From Alphaproteobacteria bacterium (GTDB taxonomy: Bacteria; Pseudomonadota; Alphaproteobacteria; Rickettsiales; Rickettsiaceae): a stretch of 49,082 nucleotides of DNA. A program made the translations under genes and the position numbers. Each line of letters begins with the position of its first letter. Positions within the stretch are counted from its first letter, which is position 1. Below the pieces are notes generated by a model. That model did not search any database. It had not been told where the DNA came from and saw only the letters and a list, made by a program, of their open reading frames with translations. Below, one piece after another: positions 28,134 to 36,122 of this stretch. The stretch spans positions 1 to 49,082 of the forward strand of contig JAUIKA010000001.1 in assembly GCA_030430995.1 (NCBI GenBank), in the 5' to 3' direction.

Positions 28134-28400
28134 TCAGTAAAATATTTTTTCTTTTGAATCAGGCATGCGAGGAAGAAATTTATTCCCTAGATACCAGTAA
28201 TAGTATTTTTGCAGCAAGCCTTTATGCCACCAATTATGGACATAGTTGCCAATCAACAGCCCAGCGCCCATTCCTACTAAGCCTGGGATGAAATCTGTTA
28301 TCATCCATACCAATACTAAAAATATCCCTCCAAATATAACCATACCAGCGTTAAGTCCATATATACGAGCCGGCGCATTTAAACATGTCTGGAGTCTCAT
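28134..28400 (-). CDS. traL: F-type TraL
   Basis: The ATG at 28400 (MRLQTCLNAPARIYGLNAGMVIFGG...) is preceded by a GAGGTAG SD. The track start at 28415 is a TTG. It is a small two-TM protein after the pilin gene. Confidence 0.7.
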   Translation of the reverse strand: MRLQTCLNAPARIYGLNAGMVIFGGIFLVLVWMITDFIPGLVGMGAGLLIGNYVHNWWHKGLLQKYYYWYLGNKFLPRMPDSKEKIFY

Positions 28401-28407
28401 AACTACC

Positions 28408-28761
28408 TCATGCAAAATTCATCAAAGCCTTGAAAATGCCATATACTACAAGAGCTACAGCGAATCCGTGCCCTGCAGCCATAGCCCTGTCTTTAATACT
28501 ACCACTACCTATCGCTGCCCCTAAAAAGGAGCCTATAGCAAGCCATAAGGTTATGTTGTCATTGACTATTGTAAAGAAATTTTTATATAGATCTTTGTTG
28601 ACTTTAGCTACTTCTAATTTATCCATGGCATATACTGATGCTGCTGAAAAATTTAGTAGGGATATATAAATGATTTTTTTAAATGTATTTTTCATATAAA
28701 AATATATTAGGTTGCACAACGCCGCAATCACTACTTCACTTATAGTAGCTGTTGCTTGCAT
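28408..28761 (-). CDS. traA: F-like propilin (TraA-like)
   Basis: 117 aa and first gene of the operon. A long leader ends ..SAASVYA, followed by a 72-aa mature part with two hydrophobic helices. This is the F-pilin architecture and is consistent with the presence of traX. Confidence 0.55.
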   Translation of the reverse strand: MQATATISEVVIAALCNLIYFYMKNTFKKIIYISLLNFSAASVYAMDKLEVAKVNKDLYKNFFTIVNDNITLWLAIGSFLGAAIGSGSIKDRAMAAGHGFAVALVVYGIFKALMNFA

Positions 28762-28938
28762 CTACCACGCTATCACTACTTTGTCATAATGTAAAGTGTT
28801 TTTTATTTTTTTAAAAAAAATATATATTTAAAAATGTATAATAAAAATTAATACAATATATTCCTGGCATTTTAAAAAAATAAATGTTAGACTGCTGAAA
28901 ATATATGTACCTAAACCCTAAAAAATCTTTATAATAAA

Positions 28939-29385
28939 ATGCAAAGAACTATTTTTATAACATTAATGACAACTTTAAAGAAAAAAATTACATCTTTTCT
29001 TAAAGAAAAGAATCTAAATCCCTCTTCCTTTTGTAAAAACACCAATATGTCACATTCAGCTATTCATAATATTTTAAATTCCCCGATACCTAACCCTACG
29101 ATAGAAACTGTTCTGGAAATAGCTAAAGTAATGAATTGCTCTTTGAATGATTTATTCGATCAAGGGTATACAACTACTCCTACACTTCAGATAAAAGATG
29201 TTTCATTATTAAAATCTGTCTGTTTGTCATTATGTAATGAAAAAGCTATAGAAGGAAAAACTTTTGAAGAATTTTTATCTGATATTAAATATATATATAT
29301 ATATTGTATAGATAATAAATTAAAATCCTCTGATAAAAATTTTGTTAATTGGTATTTAAAAAATAAATCTAACATAAACCTTTAA
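28939..29385 (+). CDS. XRE/cI-type HTH regulator, divergent from the tra operon
   Basis: 148 aa. ..KEKNLNPSSFCKNTNMSHSAIHNILNS..PTIETVLEIAKVMNCSLNDLF is an HTH_3-like motif. Confidence 0.7.
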   Translation: MQRTIFITLMTTLKKKITSFLKEKNLNPSSFCKNTNMSHSAIHNILNSPIPNPTIETVLEIAKVMNCSLNDLFDQGYTTTPTLQIKDVSLLKSVCLSLCNEKAIEGKTFEEFLSDIKYIYIYCIDNKLKSSDKNFVNWYLKNKSNINL

Positions 29386-29395
29386 ATACAAAACT

Positions 29396-31915
29396 TTAAT
29401 TCTCTTGAGAAAAAGAGTTACTATTAGCTGGCCTGTTTAATTTTGTAATTAGGATTTCACCATACTTTCCTTTCTTATTTATTTCATACGCAAATTCTTG
29501 CTGATCTAAAAATTTAAAGACCCCCTCCCAATTTAGTAAGTAGGTATTCAAAAATCTCTCTCCTTTAGAAAACTCTAAAATTTCTTTTTTTGAAAAAATA
29601 TACCCCTTATAACGAAGACAGATCTGTATTTCATTATCCTTATTATAAAAATCTATATAAATAACGCTAGAATCGATAGCTAAATTAACTACATTGGTGA
29701 CTATACTGAATAGTATTTGATATGTCAGAGGCTTAGGCAGCGGGAAATCCTCTATGGTTTTTAGAAAATTAATTTTCTGTTTTTTTTGTTTCAATTTTAT
29801 ATCAACAAATGACTTTATCTCTTCCAAGAGAATCTCTAGATCTTGTTTTGAAGTGCTCGCTGAATACCCATGAATAAAGTTGCTTTGAACCATTTTTTGC
29901 ATTACATAATATCTCTCTACTATTGAGAAAAATTTCTCTTCGATATTGGTTTTTTTGGTGATAATATTTAATGGGATATTCCCATTTAAGTCACTCTTTT
30001 GATAATTTCTATACTGGGGAAAAAGTGTATTCCCGCGCCTAAAAAAAAGCAATATAAAAAATCCTAATAGTAAGCACCCTATGTAATAGGGTAAATATTG
30101 GAAATTTATTTTTAAATCTGGAACATATGCAGAATTGAAAGCTGCTACTAATAAAATAACAAGCACTGTTATTCTAATTAATTGAAACAGGTTAATAAAA
30201 AATAAAAAATTCGATAAAAAGATTATTCCAAAAGGAATTATATAAATTCGCGAAAGATTTACCCCCTCTATTATTAAAATTGAAGTGAAAATATTTATAA
30301 AAAGGGTTAGTTTCCAATACAAATCAAGATTCTTTATAAACTTAATCCAATATTCATAAAAAACTAACATTAGGTTTATACTCAATGTGACATAAATTAC
30401 TATTTCTAATACCTTGTCTTCCTTAATAAAAAAAATTAGAACAGGGCTATAGGATAAAAAACTTACCACTAATAAAAGCGGGAATTTCCCTTTCTCCAAG
30501 ACGGAAGGAAAAAAGCTTTGCTTATTTAAATACCCCATTAAAAGGGGTAAGTAATTTTTTTTACTATCAAAACTTAACATTAAGTGCGATACAACAAATG
30601 TAGTGAAACTAGCTATTATTCCTATCAACGCACTAAAAGAAGAAAATTTTCCATCATAAAAAGCTGCAACATTTGTTGCTATCACAGCACCTATTAAAGC
30701 TATATGAAATGTGGCCTTATTAGTTTTTATTCCTAAAAAACCTAAAATTAATGGGACGAGAATTATTGGATGAGAAAAGTTAGATACAAAAAATACTATA
30801 TCATGTATTTTATAATTTTTTAATGCAATTGGTAATACTGTAAACCCAACAAATAACCCCACTCCTCTTAAAATTAATAAATTACCATTAAAATTTGGGA
30901 ACACCTTATATATAAAATCTTTTGCTATGATTACACTTGTAGTGTTTAAATATGAATCTGCTGTTGACATAATAACTGCCAAGATACTACAAATCATTAC
31001 TCCTGTCAGCCCTATTCCTAGATTTTTAGAGGCAAAATCTAAAAGTTCCAAATTTTGATTTGTATCAGTTATTTGTATCCTTGATAAAAATCCTATAATG
31101 ATAATTACAACATAGAATACAACAGATAAAGCACCGGTTATACAAAAAGATTTTAATATATTTTCTTTTTTTTTCTGCATCAGAACTCTTTGGATAAAAG
31201 GAGCTTCACAAGGAATAAAGTATAGTAACATTCCTAGCATAATAAAAATATCATTGCTTGTAATTTTTATATGGCAACAGTCTCTCTTTATTTTATTTAC
31301 AAATATTTGTATGCCACCTACATTTTCTATTCCTTTAAGGCAAACTAATGGAAATACAATGAAGAATATAAAAAACTGTAGTACATCTGTAAGTGCAACC
31401 GATTGGATGCCTCCGACTACAGAGTAGATTGTAAAAATAAAAACACAAATTACTGCCCCATGAACATAATTTATCCCGAAATAATTTGATATATTTGCTA
31501 AAGCCGTAACTTGAACAGAAAGAAACCCTATAGACGTAATTATCACTGAAGTGCTTACTATAACTTTAGCAGTAGTCCCATAAAACTTCTCTATAATATC
31601 TGGCAAAGTTAAACAATCTTTTAAATTTGCTTTTCTAGAATATATATACCCTGAAAGCAACCAACTCAATGGTTTTAATAATGTAGCTAATATATATGCA
31701 ACATTTAAGGCATAAACACTACCCACTCCCCCCATTGTAGTACTAGAGCTAATCCCTGTAGCAAATAATGTACCTACCATCACCGTATTAGAGAAGTTGC
31801 CTTTTCCAAGTGTATATTCTTCTACTGTTTTTACTTTGTTATACTTATAAAATCCTATTATTAGGCATAATAATAAATACCCCAAAACAATAGAAATATC
31901 TAAATATTCATACAT
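29396..31915 (-). CDS. Sodium:solute symporter (SSF) domain fused to extra TM segments and a about 200-aa cytoplasmic domain of uncertain (GHKL-like?) fold
   Basis: 839 aa. The N-terminal about 470 aa are SSF-like (..GNFSNTVMVGTLFATGISSSTTMGG.., ..GGIQSVALTDVLQFFIF..). The C-terminus has a weak N-box-like NVVNLAID but no G1/G2 boxes that I can see. Confidence 0.6.
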   Translation of the reverse strand: MYEYLDISIVLGYLLLCLIIGFYKYNKVKTVEEYTLGKGNFSNTVMVGTLFATGISSSTTMGGVGSVYALNVAYILATLLKPLSWLLSGYIYSRKANLKDCLTLPDIIEKFYGTTAKVIVSTSVIITSIGFLSVQVTALANISNYFGINYVHGAVICVFIFTIYSVVGGIQSVALTDVLQFFIFFIVFPLVCLKGIENVGGIQIFVNKIKRDCCHIKITSNDIFIMLGMLLYFIPCEAPFIQRVLMQKKKENILKSFCITGALSVVFYVVIIIIGFLSRIQITDTNQNLELLDFASKNLGIGLTGVMICSILAVIMSTADSYLNTTSVIIAKDFIYKVFPNFNGNLLILRGVGLFVGFTVLPIALKNYKIHDIVFFVSNFSHPIILVPLILGFLGIKTNKATFHIALIGAVIATNVAAFYDGKFSSFSALIGIIASFTTFVVSHLMLSFDSKKNYLPLLMGYLNKQSFFPSVLEKGKFPLLLVVSFLSYSPVLIFFIKEDKVLEIVIYVTLSINLMLVFYEYWIKFIKNLDLYWKLTLFINIFTSILIIEGVNLSRIYIIPFGIIFLSNFLFFINLFQLIRITVLVILLVAAFNSAYVPDLKINFQYLPYYIGCLLLGFFILLFFRRGNTLFPQYRNYQKSDLNGNIPLNIITKKTNIEEKFFSIVERYYVMQKMVQSNFIHGYSASTSKQDLEILLEEIKSFVDIKLKQKKQKINFLKTIEDFPLPKPLTYQILFSIVTNVVNLAIDSSVIYIDFYNKDNEIQICLRYKGYIFSKKEILEFSKGERFLNTYLLNWEGVFKFLDQQEFAYEINKKGKYGEILITKLNRPANSNSFSQEN

Positions 31916-32405
31916 ATATATCTTTTTTTAAAAAATATCTTTTAACGGGAAGTGGATATTCTCTAACAAATTCTACTTTATATCCGTGTTTTTTATATAA
32001 GTCCAAAGAATCTTCATAAATTGTCTCTAAAGTAATAAATGAACATTTTGCTAAACAAGCTTCTCTGTAAGCAAAATCTAGCAATTTGCCTGCTATTCCT
32101 TTTCTTCGGAAGTATTTTTCAACAAATAAGTATCTTATTTCGATGGTACTAAAAAAATACCTTAATACAATGTGTCCTGCTATATCTTTTCCTTTTTTTG
32201 CATGATAGACCAAATAGTCTGATGCGTGGTTTTCAGAAAAAATTTCAGTGAAATAGTCCCTAAATTTGTTCTTTATCTTCATAAAACAAATGTCAAAAGA
32301 TTGGCTTTTTTCTATAGTGAAACCATGATTATTCATTTGAATACATCGAGATTCTTCCATTTTCATAATACAACTTTTATACATGTTAAGCATAAACCAA
32401 TTCAT
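31908..32405 (-). CDS. GNAT-family N-acetyltransferase
   Basis: ..LFVEKYFRRKGIAGKLLDFAYREA..ITLET..DSLDLYKKHGYK is the R/Q-x-x-G-x-G/A acetyl-CoA motif. The start is uncertain (several in-frame Met). It overlaps the rep stop and the SSF start. Confidence 0.75.
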   Translation of the reverse strand: MNWFMLNMYKSCIMKMEESRCIQMNNHGFTIEKSQSFDICFMKIKNKFRDYFTEIFSENHASDYLVYHAKKGKDIAGHIVLRYFFSTIEIRYLFVEKYFRRKGIAGKLLDFAYREACLAKCSFITLETIYEDSLDLYKKHGYKVEFVREYPLPVKRYFLKKDIYV

Positions 32406-33996
32406 CTAATTTTTCAGGATTATTTTCAAAAATCGGGATGAGATAGTCCCTCAAATCTTGTTCTGATCTCTCAGAGCCTAAATGCTGCAAAAACATCTTT
32501 TTCTGTGTTTTCTGATTTAAATTTCTGTCATAAGCCTGAAACTTTAGCAGACTCAAGCTGTTAGCCATATTTTGAGGGCTGTGTTGCTGCATCATAATAA
32601 GTATTTGCCTATAGGTAAACTCTAACCCTAAAAGATAGTCTATCATATTATTTAACTTTCCCCCCTCCCCTTTTCTACTAGTTCCTAATATTTCTTTGTA
32701 AGATTCAGGAATATCAAGTTCTTTAGCTTGTTTTTGTTGCCACTGCAATTGAACAAATTCTTCTAGGGTTTGCTCTAATCTATGATCTTCAACTAGTATT
32801 TCAGCTTTATCTAACTGCTCAGCAGCTTGTAGTTTATGAGGAGTTTGCCAATTTCCTTGCAAGGCAAGCCCGTAAGCAACAGACAAAGCTATCTCGCTCC
32901 CTTGTTTGTCAGACAAACCTATCATAGATTTAGGCTTCCAGTTAGCAGCTTGATAAACAAACTCACTAGCTAATCTATGAGGATTAATCTCTTTTCTTTT
33001 TTGCCTATCTAGTTTATTCCACACAGAGTAAGCATATTTCTCTGCTTTTGTTTTTAGTTGTTCCCCTAGTTTTTCTTTTGAAATAGAGAGTAACTTAGAA
33101 AAAGATTTTTTAGAATTAAAAATCTTCTTTAAGTTATTCTTTATATTATTATTTTTTATAGTGTTTTTATTATTATATTGACTTATTTGAGCAATAGAAG
33201 GGTCTGCTGCTGCAATGTCACTCTTTGTCTCTTGGTGAGCATTAGCTTTTAGTGATTTAATAGCGCTTTCCTCAAGGATAGAGAAATTCCATAAGACTTT
33301 GTCATATCTATTACTGTCAATATTTTTAGCTAAAACCTTTTCTTTAGATAAATAGCCAGCTGCTATTAGAGTTTTTATAGCCCTACAGATAGAGGAAGAC
33401 GTAGATGAGAACTTTGATATAATTTCTTTGCTAGAGAAGGTAACGTTATTAGATTTATTAATATAAGCTTTTGAGGCTAGCCAGATTAGAATTAGTTTGG
33501 CTAAATCAGGTAGATCTTTACTAGAAAGGATCTTTTTAACAAAAGAGTAATCCAATAAAATAAACATTTTTACTCTATCTAGATAATCAAGATAAGACTC
33601 TTTAGTAGACTCAAAAGGATCGTGATGACCATAACTATCCTTGGCTATTTTATTTAAGTAATTGAAATTACCATCAGGCAGTGTTGGAGTAATAACGTTG
33701 CGGAAAGATTTTCCCCTCTTGTCTTTTTGCCTAAGAATTTTTATATATCCTTTTTCCTCCATAGATTTTTGTAGGGCGAATATTTTAGATTTAGAGTAAA
33801 TAAGTTTTTTAGCCCAAGTTTCAGCAGAGAATGATGCAGATCTCCCCTCCCCTACTCCTTTATTGAAGTGAGACAAAGAACATAGAGAAAAATAGAAGAC
33901 TTTCTCTGAGTTAGTTAGTCCTTTAAATGGTGAGTCCTCATGGACCCATAATATATGATCAAGCAATGCTTGTGGTGTTTTTGTGTAATTATTCAT
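32386..33996 (-). CDS. Candidate plasmid replication initiator (two winged-helix-like modules)
   Basis: 536 aa. ..KIFALQKSMEEKGYIKILRQKDKRG.. and ..SSSICRAIKTLIAAGYLSKEKV.. are wHTH-like. It is adjacent to an AT-rich gap and the repeat array, and divergent from parA. Confidence 0.5.
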   Translation of the reverse strand: MNNYTKTPQALLDHILWVHEDSPFKGLTNSEKVFYFSLCSLSHFNKGVGEGRSASFSAETWAKKLIYSKSKIFALQKSMEEKGYIKILRQKDKRGKSFRNVITPTLPDGNFNYLNKIAKDSYGHHDPFESTKESYLDYLDRVKMFILLDYSFVKKILSSKDLPDLAKLILIWLASKAYINKSNNVTFSSKEIISKFSSTSSSICRAIKTLIAAGYLSKEKVLAKNIDSNRYDKVLWNFSILEESAIKSLKANAHQETKSDIAAADPSIAQISQYNNKNTIKNNNIKNNLKKIFNSKKSFSKLLSISKEKLGEQLKTKAEKYAYSVWNKLDRQKRKEINPHRLASEFVYQAANWKPKSMIGLSDKQGSEIALSVAYGLALQGNWQTPHKLQAAEQLDKAEILVEDHRLEQTLEEFVQLQWQQKQAKELDIPESYKEILGTSRKGEGGKLNNMIDYLLGLEFTYRQILIMMQQHSPQNMANSLSLLKFQAYDRNLNQKTQKKMFLQHLGSERSEQDLRDYLIPIFENNPEKLDELVYA

Positions 33997-34310
33997 TCTG
34001 TACTAATTTCATTCCTTTTAGAAGCTCAACACTTGCTTTATAAGAAAAAAAGTAGTACACTTATGTTGTTTGATGGATGTACTTTGTTTTGATTTCTTGT
34101 AAGGCAAAGTGCGCCTAATTTTATTCATCCCTTTTTATTTTTGCATTTAATACTGCAAACTTTAATCTATATCTATAAAATTTTTATATCGGCTCATATA
34201 TTTCTTATCAAATTTTCTTTTCACTATAATAATACATTATTAACCATTACATACTACGAGATTTTTTCCTCAGGATCAAGTAAAAATTTAAAATTATTTG
34301 ATATATCATA

Positions 34311-34670
34311 ATAATATGTATTGATATGTACTGGTATGTACTGGTATGTACTGGTATGTATTGATATGTACTGGTATGTACTGGTATGTATTGATATGTA
34401 CTGGTATGTACTGGTATGTATTGATATGTACTGGTATGTACTGGTATGTATTGATATGTACTGGTATGTATTGATATGTACTGGTATGTACTGGTATGTA
34501 TTGATATGTATTGATATGTACTGGTATGTACTGGTATGTATTGATATGTACTGGTATGTACTGGTATGTATTGATATGTACTGGTATGTATTGATATGTA
34601 CTGGTATGTATTGATATGTACTGATATGTACTGGTATGTATTGATATGTATTGATATGTACTGGTATGTA
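34311..34670. repeat. Array of 35 (+1 degenerate) contiguous 10-bp repeats; candidate centromere (parC/parS) and/or iterons
   Basis: Counted directly: 14 x TTGATATGTA, 20 x CTGGTATGTA and 1 x CTGATATGTA, with no spacers. The degenerate units ATAATATGTA (34311) and TTATATAATA (34671) flank it. It lies between rep and parA, and its end abuts a TATAAT-like box (34674-34679). Confidence 0.85.
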
Positions 34671-34716
34671 TTATATAATAGAAAAGAGTAGGGTATTATA
34701 TAAAATATAAGAGAAT

Positions 34717-35361
34717 ATGTTTATTCTAATAGGAGGAGAAAAAGGTGGAACAGGTAAGAGTTGCCTTTCTCAGAACATAGCTGTACTTTTACAAAAAATA
34801 AAAGGGCAAATACTAATAATAGATTGTGATCCGCAAAAAACAACATCCGATTGGGTTCAGGAGAGAAATAGTAACAAAGATAATACATACATAGAATGCA
34901 TACAGTTATATGGAAATATACTTCATACTTTAGAAAGTCTAAAAGAAAAATATAGTACTATATTAGTTGATTGTGGTGGTCAAGATACAAAGGCTTTAAG
35001 ATCTTCATTAGTAACATGTACACACGCTTTATTTCCAATAAGACCTAAAAGAAGGGATCTCAGAACAATTAAGCATTTAGAAGAATTAATTACAGAGGTG
35101 AAGGTTACAAACCCTAACATAAATCTATCTGTTATAATAAATCAAGCACCACCATTACCATCTCAGTATAAGAGAATTTTAGATGCAAAAGATACGTGTA
35201 AAACATGGGGGTTGCCATGTTTAGATACCGTAATATTTAATAGAAATATTTATGATGATAGTGAAGAGATGGGATTGAGTGTACATGAAATTGGTACAGA
35301 CAGTAAAGCAGAAGACGAATTAAATTCCTTATTAAAAGAGTTCTTAGATGTCAAAATTTGA
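34717..35361 (+). CDS. parA: Small (type Ib) ParA partition ATPase
   Basis: 214 aa. The deviant Walker A GGEKGGTGKS and ..ILIIDCDPQ.. are present. Confidence 0.9.
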   Translation: MFILIGGEKGGTGKSCLSQNIAVLLQKIKGQILIIDCDPQKTTSDWVQERNSNKDNTYIECIQLYGNILHTLESLKEKYSTILVDCGGQDTKALRSSLVTCTHALFPIRPKRRDLRTIKHLEELITEVKVTNPNINLSVIINQAPPLPSQYKRILDAKDTCKTWGLPCLDTVIFNRNIYDDSEEMGLSVHEIGTDSKAEDELNSLLKEFLDVKI

Positions 35362-35584
35362 TGATTTAAAAAAACAAAGATTTATTAATCAAGTTACAGA
35401 ATATTCTGAAGGTACAAAAAGAAAGAATATCACAATAAGCATTAACGAAGAATGTTTAAATGTATTAGAGGCTGTATCTAAAGAAGAGCGATTACCAAAG
35501 TCGTTTATTATAAGGTCGGCAATAATAGCTTTTTATGAAATGTCCAGAGAAGAAAAAAATAAAATTTATAACAAGGTATCATAA
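35348..35584 (+). CDS. Ribbon-helix-helix centromere-binding protein candidate (ParG/omega-like)
   Basis: 78 aa and overlaps the parA end. ..KRKNITISINEECLNVLEAVSKEERLPKSFIIRSAIIAFYE matches the RHH beta-alpha-alpha pattern. Confidence 0.6.
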   Translation: MSKFDDLKKQRFINQVTEYSEGTKRKNITISINEECLNVLEAVSKEERLPKSFIIRSAIIAFYEMSREEKNKIYNKVS

Positions 35585-35588
35585 AAAT

Positions 35589-36122
35589 ATGTATCAAGGG
35601 AATCAAATAACAACTTTTCAGTTAAAAGGGGCTAGATACGCGTTAGATATAACTACAAAGGAATTGGGGGAATATATTCAATTTAGCTCAACAACTATTT
35701 CAACCCTTGAAAGAAAAGGGTTATCGGAGTTTGTAGATATTGATAGAAAAAAAATTAACCTTTTAGTAAGATTTTTTAATGATAAAGGAATACATTTTCC
35801 AGATCAATATTCTATTTTAAACAACAAGATACAAGATATAGAAAAGGATGTGCTTACTAGGTTTCAAATTCGTTCATCAAGAAAAATTCTTAATATCACA
35901 CAAAAACTATTAGCAGAAAAAATTTCTATTGAAGTCAATATTCTTAATGCTTTAGAGCGACTAAATAATACATCAATTATTGCAAAAAAAAATTTACAAG
36001 AAACTAATAAGTTTATTGATTATAATAATCTTATAGATTTTTTTAAAGGAAAAAATATCTTATTTCTCCATAATAATACAATATGCAATAACCATCAAAC
36101 CCCCTTTCCCAGTCCAAAGTGA
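35589..36122 (+). CDS. Protein with two XRE-type HTH repeats
   Basis: The start is placed at the ATG at 35589 (MYQGNQ..), 4 nt after the RHH gene stop. ..LKGARYALDITTKELGEYIQFSSTTISTLERKG.. and ..IRSSRKILNITQKLLAEKISIEVNILNALER.. are the two HTH repeats. The 3' end overlaps the relaxase 3' end by 28 nt (convergent). Confidence 0.55.
   Translation: MYQGNQITTFQLKGARYALDITTKELGEYIQFSSTTISTLERKGLSEFVDIDRKKINLLVRFFNDKGIHFPDQYSILNNKIQDIEKDVLTRFQIRSSRKILNITQKLLAEKISIEVNILNALERLNNTSIIAKKNLQETNKFIDYNNLIDFFKGKNILFLHNNTICNNHQTPFPSPK

Noticed and set aside
34321-34614. 97-aa ORF MICTGMYWYVLVCIDMYWYV... from the ORF track
   Set aside because: It is a pure translation artefact of the 10-bp tandem array. 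The peptide is periodic, and there is no SD and no non-repeat sequence.
34311-34670. Possible CRISPR array
   Set aside because: The units are 10 bp long and directly abutting, with no spacers. There are no cas genes and no leader. The location between rep and parA points to a centromere or iterons.
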